DNA from: Lama glama
Taxonomy: Eukaryota
Assembly: GCA_028534125.1 (NCBI GenBank)
Contig: CM052818.1
Location: forward strand, 6,698,001-6,762,000
Direction: 5' to 3'
DNA: 64,000 bases
Shown: one piece after another, positions 1 to 13,860 of the stretch
Layout of the letters: the number at the start of each line of letters is the position of its first letter
Numbering within the stretch: the stretch's first letter is position 1
Position numbers and translations under genes: made by a program
The notes under the pieces: generated by a model
What the model saw: only the letters and a program-made list of their open reading frames with translations
The model's database searches: none
Told to the model about the DNA's origin: nothing

Positions 1-1739
1 TCCCTAAAATCTAATAGACGTTATTCACAGGCTATCATGTGTACTGAAGCATGTCCAGCATGCAGGCAAACTTCTTTTATTTGCTCAAATTGAGGTAAAA
101 CAGACAAAAAATATGTAATATTAACAGAAACTGCATAATTAAAACCAGCCTTCTTTTGCTGCTTATTTCATGTAAACTGATTTTTAAGTTTTCTCACAAA
201 AGAGATGCTACAAGCCAGTAATTTCTCCAATTTCAGTCACCAAAAAGTAGCTTCTTCTTTCAAAATCATTATTAGTAAAAAATGTTTTGAAATAAAGGAA
301 AACATTTTTTCCCAGAACCTGCATTTTGTACTTCACGTGATACAATTTATTACTTTATTTTTCAAATTTAGAAGGAATTCAAGTCTGAGTACTATTCGGT
401 ATTTTTCAGATAGCAATCAATACCCACGGATTCATAAATATGATCTTCTGACAGGTTAATCTGCTAACTTTTACAAAATACCAACAATTCTTCTTTCCAG
501 CATAAGATGGCTGAGATTTAGAAGTTATGATTCATTTTTCAGCACAAATACACATTTAAGTCTTGATTTTTTTTTGGCCAACATTTTAAATAGCCCAATT
601 TTACTCACTTCGAAGTTTCAAATCAAACATACCAACAAAAAAACTAGTGAAAACTACTGGCAACAAGCCCCACACTCCCATGTCACTTTCACCCCAACGA
701 TTATAACCACTGCCAGTAATTCCTGCTGTGTGTCTGTTGGTTTTTTTTTAATCAAATAAGCACTGGTCAGTTATATAAAAGAGTAATTTGCAAGAACAGT
801 ACTTGGCACTGGGTTACCCTAATGCTTCTGGCATAAACAGAAACACTTAGAAAATACCAGCTCTTAAGCACTTTTTTGCCTGTAATCTCAATTTCCAAAA
901 GCATTTTTTCAATGTTACTTTTCCATTGATAGATTGGGAGTCTAGCTCTAAATGACATGGTTGATTTAAAAAAACAAATAAATCCTTAAGCCACATGGTA
1001 ATGGGACACTACGCTTGCTTTTTACATCAGATGAAAACAGTTTCAGGCAGACCAAAGTAGAAGAAAACCTGCCAGATCAAACTACTGTAAATAAAATTCA
1101 TCTTACGTACCCCAGAGCAGAAAAGCTCAAAAATCAAAAAATTAAAATCAAAAGACCACCCCTTCCGTCCACGCAAAAACCCACACCAAACACTCTAGTT
1201 CTGAGCCTAACACATTTTCCTAAAACCAGAAGCTTTAAGGTACTTAAAGCTGTAGCAGTAACCGCTGAAAGCTCCACACTACAGAGGAAACACCATAAAG
1301 GGTTCAGATGCCGCCCACCCAGCCCTGACCACCCCACCCCAATAATATGTAAAAGCTCCTGTTAAGGTTTTTTTTCTTACGCTAATAAAGGCATACCACC
1401 TAGTGTGCTAAAGACTAAAACTAGCAGCATTAGAGCAGTAAAGTGAAAATAGGAAGCCTACAGGAGTGATCTAAACACCTACTTAGAAGAAACAGAGCAG
1501 CAGACAGGACCCTTGCCCTCTCGTGTTTGTAGGGAAGTGGTGGAATTAAGCAGTTAGATTTGCCCACATTAACAAAAATTTATCAAAGCTTCCCCAGGAC
1601 ATCAGAATAAAACCTGACCTTTCCAGTCAAAAGGCAGAGAGAGGCCTCTTCCATGTCCTGGAGCTGAATGAGTTCAAAGATTGGCAATAAAGGAAAAAAA
1701 GAAAGCATTTAGGGGTGTGACCGGAACAAGCTCTGCAGT
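1..1739 (-). other. ACTR2: ACTR2 3' UTR (probably continues beyond the window edge)
   Basis: Directly follows the TAA stop at 1740-1742; AT-rich, no recognisable repeat; minus-strand AATAAA at 354-359 and 76-81, but the true cleavage site cannot be determined. Confidence 0.8.
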
Positions 1740-1910
1740 TTATCGAACAGTCACCCCAAGTTTCTCCAGCACGCGGACACCCTTTTCTTGGTATTCCTGT
1801 CGGGTCATCCAGAAGTTGTCCTTGTCTTTCATGATATCTGCTAGAACCGCACCCCCCAGGAATACCATGTGCTTTCTGCGGGGGGGGTCCTCAATGCGGA
1901 TCTTGAATTT
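1740..1910 (-). CDS. ACTR2: ACTR2 coding exon 9 ([56 protein letters not shown])
   Basis: Manual translation gives the Arp2 C-terminus; acceptor AG at 1912-1911; TAA at 1742-1740; 171 nt. Confidence 0.98.
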
Positions 1911-2825
1911 CTAAGGGAGAAAGAGCAGATAATAAAACATCATACGTGCGTGTAGTGCTCCGCTTTATGAAAACAACTTTTTCATACATTCTCTTGTTGA
2001 ATTCTCACAAAGGTCCTGTGATGTAAGCAGGACGGCAGGATTTGGTACCTGTGGTACACAGAGACATTTTGTCATTTGCCCGAAGCTCACAGCCAGATCT
2101 CACATCCATCCCAGGGTGCTCAGAATGGTCCCCGTTTACACTTGTGGCCCCATCATTGACAGCACCCCTTGTCACTCTCAGAAGTGTCCTGATTTGAACA
2201 ATGAATTCCATGGTCACCCTCCGGAGAGCCTAAGCACCAGAGCCCTGACTGTGGCAGGGTTCCCACCAGTGGGCAAACCACCTGGCCAGCTGTCAGATGA
2301 AGAGTTCATTAAGGGGCTTCCACAGTTTCTTCAAGGCCCAACAGCCCTATGACTGGAATCCTGTGCAGCAGACTAAGACTGAAGTTCTCTTATAAGCAAA
2401 GCTCACTTTCTATTGTCTCAAATTCAAACAAAATGTTCTCAAAATAAAAAAGGCCAAATATGGCCAAAATAAACCATGGGATGTTGGAAAAAATGAACAC
2501 AGTAACCAAAACTAAAGACAAGTGGGAAACGTTTTATACTCTGTAGCCACTGTTAACTGTCTAACAAGGACAGGCCTCCATCTATATGGTCAGTCAACAC
2601 CCAAGAGAGAAACCTTAAAATCAAGTAGTAATTTTATTTACAGAGTCATAAATCCTTTAAAAAAGACTCAAAATAACTATGTCATCTCAGTTGCCTTTAC
2701 ATCACATAAAAGAACCATAGGATCCGTCGTAATACATGACACAGAAAAACATCAGTTTATTTATTAACCAATTCTGAGGCTAACCTAACGGTTTCAACTG
2801 TTCTAGTCATTTTTTTACTCTTAGG

Positions 2826-3030
2826 CAGGGGTCAGCAAACTTCTGCAAGGGACCAGAAAGTAAACACTCGAGGCTCTGAGGGTCTCTCTGGCACTACCTA
2901 AAGGCAGCCACAGGCCATATGTGACAATAGGTAACACTGTGTAAAAGAATGGGCCCGACTGTGTTCCAATAAAACTTTATTCATAAAACTGCCAGGTGTG
3001 GGCCAGGGCTGTGGTCTGGCCACCCGCACT
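2826..3030. mobile_element. hAT-Charlie MITE, MER58-like
   Basis: CAGGGGTCAGCAAACTT start and internal CCAATAAAACTTTATT motif typical of MER58. Confidence 0.65.
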
Positions 3031-3329
3031 CACAGGGAAACCTGGCCGGCCCCCAGGACACTGCTGCTCCTGCAGCTTTCTCAGCTGGCTGCAGTTTGTC
3101 TCTCACACCCTTCCTAACCCCGGAGGCTAGCTAACAGAGATTCTGGTTCTTCACTGCTGCTTCTCTCTCCCTCCTCCCTGGAACTCCACAGCCCCTCGGA
3201 AACCTGTTCGATCAGACTACTCCGTCCACCACTCCTCTTTGCCCAGGGCATCTACAGATCCCCAGGTTATTCCTTCTCATACCCGCTCTGCTGCGCATGT
3301 GTGCAAGCTCTCTCCACCGTGTCCTGACG

Positions 3330-4140
3330 TCATCCTTAGTGACCCTGTCCTCTCCCTCTCATTCAGCAGAACACTAACTCAAGTGATCAATTCTCTGCTC
3401 TGCCCCTGCCCTCAGGCAACTAAACACGATTTGAGAGAAACTCAGTATTTAGCTTTAACCTCGACTGAGCCCCTCAGTGCTGCTCAGCAATCCCATTACC
3501 TCGCTCTCCTCTCTTCCACTCTCCAGACAACCATTGTACACCTCCTCCTCTGTTCTGTATACCTCTTCCCTCCTCAGAGCCTCCTAACCCAGCTTTCTAC
3601 ATCCACCTTTCTTCCTTCCTCCTTCAACAATCTATTCACCATGCCAGACTTAATGAGCCTTTGAACAAGTCAGATCCTACTTCTTTGCTCAAGATCCTCC
3701 TCCCAAGACTTCCTAGGAGGAAAGTGGAACTCGTTGCCGTGGCTGAACAAGACGTGCATCCTGATTGCCCTCTGAGCTCACCCCCAGCCCTCTCCCCTGC
3801 TCACTCTGCTCCAGCCACATCTGCACACTCGGGGCTGTTCCTGTCTGGAAGATTCTCCCCCCAAGAGAGTCAGGCTGCTCACTCCGTCACTCCCTTCAGG
3901 TCTTTGCTCCAAAGCTACCTCATGGGAGCCCTTCCCTGATCACACTACACGGAGAAGCACACCGCCTCCCCCCAGTCACTACCACTTGCCAGCCCCCAGT
4001 CCAACTCTTCTTCACAGTGCTTAACACTGCTGATACATTATTCACAGACTGAAAGTGGGGACTTCTGTTTTATCTGTCCCCACACTGAGACAAGTGTTTG
4101 GCATCCAGGAATTCAAGAAATATTTGCTGAATAACCACCT
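3330..4140 (+). mobile_element. Old LINE-2 fragment
   Basis: C/T-rich decayed sequence ending in L2-type ...AAATATTTGCTGAATAA. Confidence 0.55.
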
Positions 4141-4680
4141 GAGGCTGATTTTAAATTATATGTATAACTCAATAAAATGAGACAAATGAGTAAAGTACTC
4201 AGACAACATGGCTCCTTTTTGGTCTTTTAATTTGTTTAATGTATAAGCCCATACGCAATTTCATTTCAGCAATTTAAGTCACAAATGAAAGATGTAACAG
4301 TGTCTCCAATACATCCAGCCCTCTGTAGGATGTAATTATCTATAGCAACTGATCAAAGTTGGTGAGATGAGCCTATAGATTAATGCAGAATTAAGTGATT
4401 CTTAGTTGAGTGCATAGTATGTATAGTGTACTTCACAGAGTCCAGAGTTTGCAGGAAAAAAAAAATCAATGCCAAGTAACCATCAACTATTACATACTAG
4501 TTTAAAAATTTCTTCCTACTCCGTGTATCAACAACCACCAGTTAAACCCTGTTTCAAGAGCTATGATAGTTGACAGGGATGCAAAAATAACTGGACACAT
4601 GGGGCTGTACAATCTGACTGGGAAGATGAGACATATGCAAGAAACATCCAGAAAATAACTTAGAATCAGAAATATGAGAC

Positions 4681-4813
4681 GGGTGAGGGTACAGCTCAAG
4701 TGGCAGAGTGTGTCGTTAGCATGCATGCAGTCCTAGGTTCAATCCCCAGTACTTCCATTATAAGTAAATAAATAAATAAACCTAATCAACTTCCCTCCTC
4801 TGAAAAACAAGAA
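4681..4813 (+). mobile_element. tRNA-derived camelid SINE (Vic-1 type, long tail)
   Basis: GGGTGAGGGTACAGCTCAAGTGGCAGAG head, B box GGTTCAATCCC, (AAAT)n tail; TSD AGAAAyAyGAGAC at 4668-4680 and 4814-4826. Confidence 0.88.
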
Positions 4814-5140
4814 AGAAACACGAGACAGTTCAAGAGGAGCACTGAACACTCATCACATATTCAAAAAACAAGTCAGACAACAAAAACCCAAGGAGGGTGG
4901 CACATCTCTCTCCACAGTAGAGCAGGTTCTTCCCACACACTCACAGGCACCTCGGTTCCAGGCTGTTAGTTACAGAAGAACCAGAACATTTGGTCTTGGA
5001 CCTAGTCACTTCATCCACTCAATGTAGAGCTGACCGGGCACCAGGACCATTCTGAGACAGAGCTCATCTTGAACCATTTACTTCCCACCTCTTCAAGGCT
5101 GCACTAGACTGCATTAGCAATTTGTTTAGGAAGACCTCTT

Positions 5141-5154
5141 GCTCCCTCTGGTGG
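5141..5154 (-). promoter_or_regulatory. Candidate CTCF site in intron 8
   Basis: Reverse complement CCACCAGAGGGAGC closely matches the CTCF core consensus. Confidence 0.6.
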
Positions 5155-5229
5155 TTGTCGAGATTCACAGCTTTTTACAGGCTTTTAAATCTATGTTAAC
5201 AGTTGGATTGTTGGTGGATGGATACTTAC

Positions 5230-5362
5230 AGAAAGTTTTTCCACATCTCCCTTCAACACTCGTTCTAAGTAAAGCTGTTTAAGCTCTCGTTCCAACCGTG
5301 ATGGCAGCCCAGGGTACATAGTAGACCCTCCAGAAAGCACAATGTGCTTATAAAATTCAGAT
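5230..5362 (-). CDS. ACTR2: ACTR2 coding exon 8 ([44 protein letters not shown])
   Basis: Translation matches Arp2; AG at 5364-5363, GTAAGT donor from 5229; 133 nt. Confidence 0.98.
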
Positions 5363-6559
5363 CTAGAAAGATATAATAGGTATTCATTAGGGTTTCAGAT
5401 TAGGAAAACAGTATCTGAGTTCCTTTTTTAATGCCAATCTCAGGTGGTTGCTGGGAGAATTAAATAAAATTCAACATGTAAACCACAGGGCTCAATGTTT
5501 GCTATTACCACTGTTAACAGATAACAAACCCTCTTTACGTATAAAAGAGTTATTGTAATTTTGATGACAATACTTTCAAAGAATGTAACACGTGTTCTTG
5601 CGAATGTAACTGAGCCTCTTAATAACGTCCAGTTTCCATTACAAACTTGCAGTACTTGGACTGCGCTACCACAGTGCTTCCCGGGGGCCACCGAGACGTG
5701 GCTGTCTACTACAATTAACCATATTCTACCATGATTCTAGTTCTGGCTTTTGAATTTTTCCATTTGCCTTTTGTAGCTTTCCCTTTTGTTCCTTTGCCTT
5801 GAGGCTGTCAGCTGTTATTTTCCTTCAGATTGATGGGTTTGCTTCTTAGAGCAGTCCTCTTTTCTTCCCTAAATAGGCTGCCAGTCATGATACTGGATAA
5901 TCAAATCTAAAATAACCGCATGTGTGGTAAAATAATATAATCTGAGTGAGGGTCTGAGGAACCCTTCTCATAGTAAAGGTCAGGAGCTGAGTCACATCCA
6001 TCTTGCCCTCATTCAAACTTGCTTCCGGGCTTTTACTTACCTTCAGCGTCTCAAGGGTTGAGGCTATTGTAATTCTAGCTTCCAGAAGAGGTTTTGTATT
6101 GTATTTAATTGCAGAAGTATGCACATGAGTGAGGCATAAGCTAAGCAACTGAGGTGTAGCCACATGTGATATGTGCCCATGAGCATTTACAAGGATGCTT
6201 TCAACACACAGAACACACCAAACACATTTGAGCTGTGCTACTTTACAATGCCAGCTCTGCGGAGAGGTTACTGAACCTGACCCCAGCACTTCAGGAATGC
6301 CAAAACTTTAATCACCACCAACAGGCATGCACTTTTAAATGTAATTTTGCTATTAATGGTCGTTAAATAGAGCGACAAAAGCATCTACCTAACTTCTACT
6401 ATGAGATTTTATTGTAATTATTAGACTTTGGACCATCTTCCATTAGATTTTTAGCTTGTTGTAAGTCAATTGCTATTTTTATTAATATCCATTATTGTCC
6501 TGTTCCCCAGCCATCCCACAAAAATTAGACTGTTATTTAATTTGGGGTTAAACAAACAA

Positions 6560-8620
6560 GTAAGCAAACACTTGCTTAACAAAATGCTTCTCAATAACTT
6601 GGGTGTAGAGAAGAGTTCTTAAACTATGACTCAAACTCTAGATGCAATAAAGTTTATAAATCTTTTCATATGACTAAATAAAAACAAAATTTTGTATGGC
6701 CAAAAACACAAGCAAGAGATAAATGAAAAATTATAAAATATCTACAATAGATATCACAGAGCTCATATAAAAAGAACTTTTTTCAAAATTGAGGGGGAAA
6801 AAAATTACAAAAATCCTACAGAAGAATAGGCAAAAGCCATGAACAGATAATTCATCAGGAAAAGACAGAAAAATGGCCCTAGAAATAGAAAAATACATTC
6901 AACTTCACTCTTAAGAGAAATGCAAATTAAAGCTACACTGAGATATCATTTCTCACTCATTAGACCAGCACGACAGTAGCAAAGCTGACAAACTCTGAAC
7001 GACCTACGGGGACACAGGTGACCTCATGCACTACTGGTGGGAAAGAAGAAGGGGCAGGAACTGAGCAATAACAAAACTACACGCATTCACCCTTCCACCC
7101 AACTACTCCCCCCACCCCAGATATTGTTTCAGAATATACATGCCCAACATTACACAGATACAGCACACACAACATAATTAGCCATGGCATGATTTGTCAG
7201 CACAAATACTGGAATCTACCTAAGTAAACAAGATCCACTGAATAATCCATGATATGTGAACAATGGAAAAAAGAATGCAGCTGTAGAAAACGAATAAGCA
7301 CAACCCTCAGGAAGTGGTATAAGATTGTTTAGGATACATTAAGTCAAAAAACCAAAGTACAAAGGAGTGTTTAAGGTATGCTACGTTTTGTGTAAGAAAA
7401 TAAGGAACACAGGGAGGAGGACTAGGGTGGAAGACACGGGGCAGGGAGAGAAATACTTCAGAGTACACTTTTTGTATAGTTTTGACTACACTATTAATGT
7501 TCTACCTATTCAAAAACCAAAAACCAAAATTAAAGGTGAGCCAGGAATATCCTGTGCCACAAAATGAAACAGAATGTGCTCAAAAAAAAAGAAAAAAAGA
7601 TGAGGGCACATCAAAAGACACAGGAGCCGCTTGAAGGGGCTCTCATAGACCTAATCAGGAACAACTTAGTACCAACAAGGCAGTAATAAATTATAATCCA
7701 CTGAATAAAATTGTGAGTCCATACCGATCATAAACAAACATTAACAAGGGAGAAGGAAAAGGACTGTTACGCTAGAATGCCAACTAACAAATACAGAAGT
7801 TATGATGGAATTAGAACAATCACCTTTTCGCCACTAGCACAATAGAAAATGGATTTAGACAAGAATCATCAATAGATGCTAAAAGGGGTGGGGGGCACAA
7901 TTTGATGAGGAACAAGATTTACACAGCCTCAAAGTATTTTGCCACAAATTACTTATACATTAGGAAAGCGGAAAAGAAAGGAAATCTACACAGTGGAGCA
8001 AACAGGAAACCTCATGAAGAGCCTACTACTAGTATCACCAATTAGGAGTCACCAGACATCCCCCCTGGATGTGATAACGTGAGGACAGATCACTGAAGCA
8101 GTGTCCTAGACAAAATGTGTAACCTGAATCTAATCACGAGAAACACTCACATCCAAACTGTACTCTGCAAAGATGTCGATGTCATGAAAACTAAGGAACC
8201 GTAACAGATAAAAGGTGACTAAGAAACATGACAGTTAAATAGAAGGTGTGATCTTAGATTTGATCCTTTACTGGAGAAAAGAAAAGTTGTATAAAGGACA
8301 TTATTGGGACAGTGGATGAAACTGAAATGTGGACGGTAGGTAAAAGTATGGCAGTAATCAATCCCTGGAACTCGGTAACTGCACTGTGGCTCTAAGAGAA
8401 CATCCTCATTCCTAAGAAATACAAGGTGAGCACTGAGGAGTAAGGAGGACTTATGCATTCAACCTACTCTCACATGGCTCAAGAGAAAAGAGTGACAGAG
8501 CAAACACACAGAACATTAATATCAGTAAAATGGGAAATTGGATGAAGAGTGTTCAGGTGTTCTCTTTTCTACTCTTACAACTTTTCAATTTTTAATTATT
8601 TCAAAATGAGTTTATTTCAA
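6560..8620 (+). mobile_element. Decayed L1M (L1ME/L1MC-like) fragments
   Basis: A-rich, with L1 motifs such as GAAATGCAAATTAAAGCTACACTGAGATATCATTTCTCAC and AACCTGAATCTAATCA. Confidence 0.65.
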
Positions 8621-8775
8621 AGAGGCATCTGAGACACAGTGATACATGCTGTCCAATGTCCAGTGCCATCCTATCAAAAACATGAGTGAGACAACAGACA
8701 ACCTGGTCACTGTAACTATTTATATATTCCATCCAATTTTATTAAACAACTTTGAGACAACCACTTCTAAGGTAC

Positions 8776-8921
8776 CTGGTATCGATGTCAGCTGCCTGGA
8801 TTGTGTTAAAAAGCAATTCAGCAACACCTACTCCCTCCACATTGATCAAGTGGGGCTGAAATAAAGCTTCTGGTGCTTCAAATCTCTCTCCCCCGACTTT
8901 GATAATGCGGCCATCTGGGAG
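8776..8921 (-). CDS. ACTR2: ACTR2 coding exon 7 ([49 protein letters not shown])
   Basis: Translation matches Arp2; AG at 8923-8922, GTACCT donor from 8775; 146 nt. Confidence 0.98.
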
Positions 8922-11422
8922 CTAGAAATCAAGAAGAACCAGGTATTAGCAAAAGATTTCAGAAGTTCCAAGTGTTCTCTAGACACTAGCACTTATAAAC
9001 ACACCTGCTCTATAACCAGAATCATTGCCAACAATATATTCCTCCTAAAATACATTTCTAAGAAAAGACCAAAAAAAGGTAAAATAAAATACATTAAAAT
9101 AACTGTTATTATTATTATCATGCTCTGTTCTGCTTTTAAAATGGTACATCATACTCTTAAGTATCAGGAATTCCTTGGAGAAACCACCGATGCATGAGCG
9201 CACGATGTCCCACTGGTGTGAGCAGGTAAGCGCTCAGGCAGTGATGACCCACCACTGCGTCTGGATTCTTACCGGGGTCACTGCGCTTCTCTTACCATTT
9301 TAGCCCATTTGTGAGTTTCTGGGTATTTTTTACCATGTAGCATAGACACAGTCAATGAAAAATCTTAATACATTTCTTTTACCAAATAATTACTCAGGGA
9401 AACTTTATTATTTTGCCATCAAAACACTTTATATTAGTGTGAAACTCATGTCAAATCATTTAATCCAAAAAATTTTTATGATTAAAAAAGCTTAACCAAT
9501 AATGACCTAGACCACTTTCGATTAGCAATTCTGTTGTATCCTAGGTCCTATTAAATTTTAAATGATAACGGTAAATACAATTTTAAGAAAAGATTTAAGC
9601 AACAGGTCAGATACCATTACAACATGACCTTTCATAGAGAACTCTTAAGTTACATCATGTTTATTTTTAATTAAGTGAGAAATGTTAAATAAGAGCTCCC
9701 TCATAGCTCACTGGATTGACCTAAGTAACAAGCATGCTTGTGTATGCTGGCATTTGATGCATTTCTGTATGACATACTAGAATAAATTTTACATTAACAT
9801 TTCTAACAGTATATTTAAGATAATGTAATTACAATAATTATATTTAGACTCAAAAACTGAGTTTCCATTATGACAAAGTATCACAAATCAAGTTAAGATA
9901 TTTACTCCATGTTTGCTTTGTTTACAATTATGTGCAAAGCCAATAACATCTTTCAAAAACTCTAGAATTATATTTTTATAAATTATATCAAATTTCTTAA
10001 AAAGAATTTACCCTTAAAAAAAACCCACAGCTGTCCACTGACTTTAAAAACCACATGAAATCACCTAAGATATACGAAAAAACTTCACATGGCAGACAAT
10101 TGTTTGCAAATCCTCTGTACCTCACCCTTCCAGCCTCTGATAGTGTGGATCCTTTCAAAGCGCTGGCTGTGGGCCAGCCTGGGGCCACCTACCCTCAGAA
10201 CTACTTACTTCCGGGAACTGTTAAAACAGTATGCTTTCTATTTCTCTGCATCAAATCTTATCCTACCCTTTATTTATCCACTCTCATCCCTCTTCATTTA
10301 CTCATCCATTTACTGTTTATTTGTTGATCATATTTTTGTAACCTACCTCAGATTCTTTGAGAAAGGATGGAAGAAATAAATAAATATGTCTCACATTTCT
10401 AGTTGCCTCATCTTTTGCCTTATGCCACTTTCTTCCAAAGTCAGGTAGATGACAAATTATAAATTTAGGGGAACTGTCAAGAAGGCTTCAGGAAAGAATC
10501 CCCAAGGCAGGTCATTAAGTTTCAGTGTATTGGCTTATTGACTATTTGGATCAGTATCTTCTAAAATTAAACGTCTAAGAATTTATAATTATTTTCAAAA
10601 TAACTATTTTGTACATATCTGTGATGTGTTGAGCTTACATGAATCAAATGGTTCAAAAATACTTGCCTTTATTGCCTATTGCTCCATTTCATTTTAGTAA
10701 CTAGTATTTCAAACACATAATATTAAGTACTTTATACCCAGATGAAAATGACAGACTAAAGATAGCAATCCATTAAAAATTCAGGTAAGACCAACTCCCC
10801 TGGTGTAAACTGTAACAAGGTTCTAAGTCTCACTAGTTACAATTTCAAGTTAACATTTGTTCTGAATATCCCATTAAGAAAATACTAAGTCAGGAAGATG
10901 GCCATCTACTGAATTGTTAAAGCAATACTATAAGATGACCACTTCCCACTAAGATACTTCAGTCCCATAAGAATCCTGTAGTCATTTACATAACAGCATA
11001 TCGAAGGCTCTGAGAAGTCCTTCAATAAAGTGTGATCGACTCTCCCAAACTTACCTGACAATGTAACCCCCATTTTAATTTTTGTGAAATACCTACTAAC
11101 ATCTTAGAGAAATAATACTCCGTAAAACCCAGGCTGAAAAATGCTATTCCAGATACTAGATCTCAAAATAACCTCTCACGTCTAAATTGTACCCTAAGGT
11201 AGAAAAGCAATATATGATTCCTGCCTTATTTTACATTACACAGTATCCTAAAATAATTAAATCATAAACCATAATGTAGAAAGATATTAAAGGTATACAC
11301 ATACATATTTTAACAACCCAAAACAAAAATACTGGATTCAAGAAAATATCCTTAAGCACACACCAATAATTACGGTTGTCCATTTTAAAATCACAAATAT
11401 ATTACACACGACAAATACTTAC

Positions 11423-11572
11423 TGTGTAAGATTCAACTAATACTGTGGTTTCTAAGGCCAGTTTCTGCTCCTGCTCAATATTATACCCCACATAACACAA
11501 TTTTTCTTTAATCATGCGAACTGTTTCAAAATCAGCAGAATGGTTGAAGGCATATCCTCGCAACAGCAGCAG
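11423..11572 (-). CDS. ACTR2: ACTR2 coding exon 6 ([50 protein letters not shown])
   Basis: Translation matches Arp2; AG at 11574-11573, GTAAGT donor from 11422; 150 nt. Confidence 0.98.
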
Positions 11573-12327
11573 CTGGTACAAAAAATAGCATGATTAATCT
11601 GAACGAGTTCTACTCTGCAAAAGCTATTAACGCTCTCTAAATATGTCACGTCAGTAACAAACGCAATGGACAACAGAGCCTTAGCTCTTACTGAACATTT
11701 CAAAAATGGGAATAGTACTTGCATAAACGATTTATATTTCAGTTTCACAGAAAAGTTTCACACAGAGTAACAGAATTAACATTTCATGAATAATAAATAG
11801 GTAAAACGAGCAAGAAAACCAACCTAGTTTTAAAAACGAGTACTGAGTACTAATATTTAGATACTTTTGATAATCATTAAGTCTATTAATAAATATTATT
11901 TTAGCACTGAATTCCCATAATCTGTAATTTGCTCAATCAATGCCACGTTCATGAGATACCCTTAGGTCTTAGGATGTTGGATTTCTAGTTTCTAGTGTTA
12001 TGTCTGACACATATAAGATAGGCAATTGCATTTGTTAAATAAACGATAAGAGAATTCAACCTGCTGACAGAAAAAAAAAACATAATATGCATCACAAAGA
12101 AACAGGACTTTTCATATAAAAACTTAAAAATAAATCCCCTAATCTTTGTATTTATGTTCAAAAGAAGCCCTTTCAGTATTCCTTGGGTGGTCACTCTCAA
12201 GAGAGAATTTTGGTTCTGAATGAGAGTATTATAATTCTCATTAACTTAATCTTATTACTCTAAATGAGACTAAAGGATGGTGAAGACCTAATGCAGTCCA
12301 ATTTATTGCACAGACTTCACCCTAGAA

Positions 12328-12505
12328 CAGTCTCTCCACCGCAGCACCAATGACATTTTGGATCTTACAATTCTTTGCTGTGGGGGCTGCCCTGTTCATT
12401 GTAGGAAGTTTAGCAGCCTTCCTGCAAAGCTGCAACAACCAAAAAGTGTCTCCAGACATTGCAAAATGTCCCTGGGGCAGCATCATTCCTGTCTGAGAGT
12501 CACTG
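12328..12505. mobile_element. hAT-Charlie MITE, MER20-like
   Basis: GGGGGCTGCCCTGTTCATTGTAGGAAGTTTAGCAGC and GTCTCCAGACATTGCAAAATGTCCCTGGGG are MER20 hallmarks. Confidence 0.75.
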
Positions 12506-12998
12506 ACCTGGAGAGAATACACTACAGAATTCTGGTACAAAGTAATCTAAATTATTATTATTTTTTTATATCTTAAAAAATGCACATGCCTCCAAATAGT
12601 GGACTTATATACACTTTCCAGCAATCTTTTAAAGAAAATTGTAACTAAGTATATTCAGAAATAAACTTTAACATACACCTGTTCAAAGGAAGGTTTTACG
12701 GCCGAAGGGCCACTTAAGCTGTTCAAGGAAGTTTTAGAGCCTCCTTCCATCTTTGAAATACCTCTCTATCCATTCCCTGGGAACAGCAAATACAATTATA
12801 TAATGATGTATTCTCATTAGTAAACCAGAGATGGTGTGTGTAACTCTTACTTGGATTTTTATATGAATATTGAGGGAACTGGGCCATTTCTCTAGTGATA
12901 CAGATTCACTAGAATCCTGCGATGGTACATTCAATTTTGTGTTAAGTCAGTAAACACAAACTACAAAATCTAATTCTATGATATTTGCTTTTGCTTAC

Positions 12999-13135
12999 CT
13001 TGATAAGGTATCTGGTAATATCTCTCCCAGCGATATCCAGTCTCCTGGTAAGGTGAGGGAGAGAAAAGCCTTCATACACTGGGCAAATGTGAGTCACGCC
13101 ATCTCCAGAGTCCACCACTACTCCAGTTAATAAAC
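12999..13135 (-). CDS. ACTR2: ACTR2 coding exon 5 ([46 protein letters not shown])
   Basis: Actin-fold DSGDGVTH motif; AG at 13137-13136, GTAAGC donor from 12998; 137 nt. Confidence 0.98.
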
Positions 13136-13860
13136 CTGTGTAAGAACCATGAGGTTGTAAATAAAAAGCCTACTCAGAAAAATCAAAGCCAACAAATTTC
13201 AAATATTTGTACAGAAGCGAACTAGAAACTTCACCAACCAGAGTGGCCTAAAAGCCAGCATTTCTTTATTATTTGCTTATTTTGCAGCTTATTTATAATA
13301 CCCAGACACTAAAGCCAGGGTTCTCTCATATGTCCCTTGTGAGACTTTAAATCTAATCATGCACTACCCTAGGATGTGGCAAGAAACAGACCCTCAGACC
13401 TAGGACTATAAAACACAACATGTTCTTTATTTTTCTTTCCAACTTAATCTTGATACCTGAATTCCCTCAAAGTAAAATTTTCTAAAGCATCGTGGATAAC
13501 ATAAATTTATGAAAACCATTGTAAAAGGCAAACATTATATAAGTTGATAGTGAACCTGATAGTGAAAGAAATAATCTAGTTCTTCATTATTCTTTTTATC
13601 ATACATGAGTATAGTCAAAACTGTTGTTTTGAAAATTCCTGTTGATACTAGATAGCAAGAAATCTGTGAATAACTCATCTTGACTAGCCAAAGGATCAAT
13701 TATTCACCAGAAACCAAAATGACAACAGTTAAATTTTATAATAAAAGAACAGCAAAGAAGCTGTCTTGTTTCCCATATGCACTACTTAAAAGTATAAATG
13801 GCTACAAATTAATGTTTTACCTTTTGTGCCAGGGTTAATTCAGGGAAAGCAAAACAAAAA

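Noticed and set aside
291..1691. Several plus-strand AATAAA hexamers as the end of an overlapping antisense gene
   Set aside because: Expected by chance opposite a U-rich UTR; no plus-strand exons seen
1681..1914. Plus-strand 77-aa ORF
   Set aside because: Antisense shadow of ACTR2 exon 9
5730..5900. Lys/Gly-rich minus-strand reading (PQGKGTKGKATKGK...) resembling an HMGN-like pseudogene
   Set aside because: Too short and low-complexity; no HMGN core motif, poly-A or TSD
9180..9370. GTGATGA box-C-like motif in intron 6 suggesting a snoRNA
   Set aside because: On the strand opposite the host transcript, with no convincing box D or terminal stem
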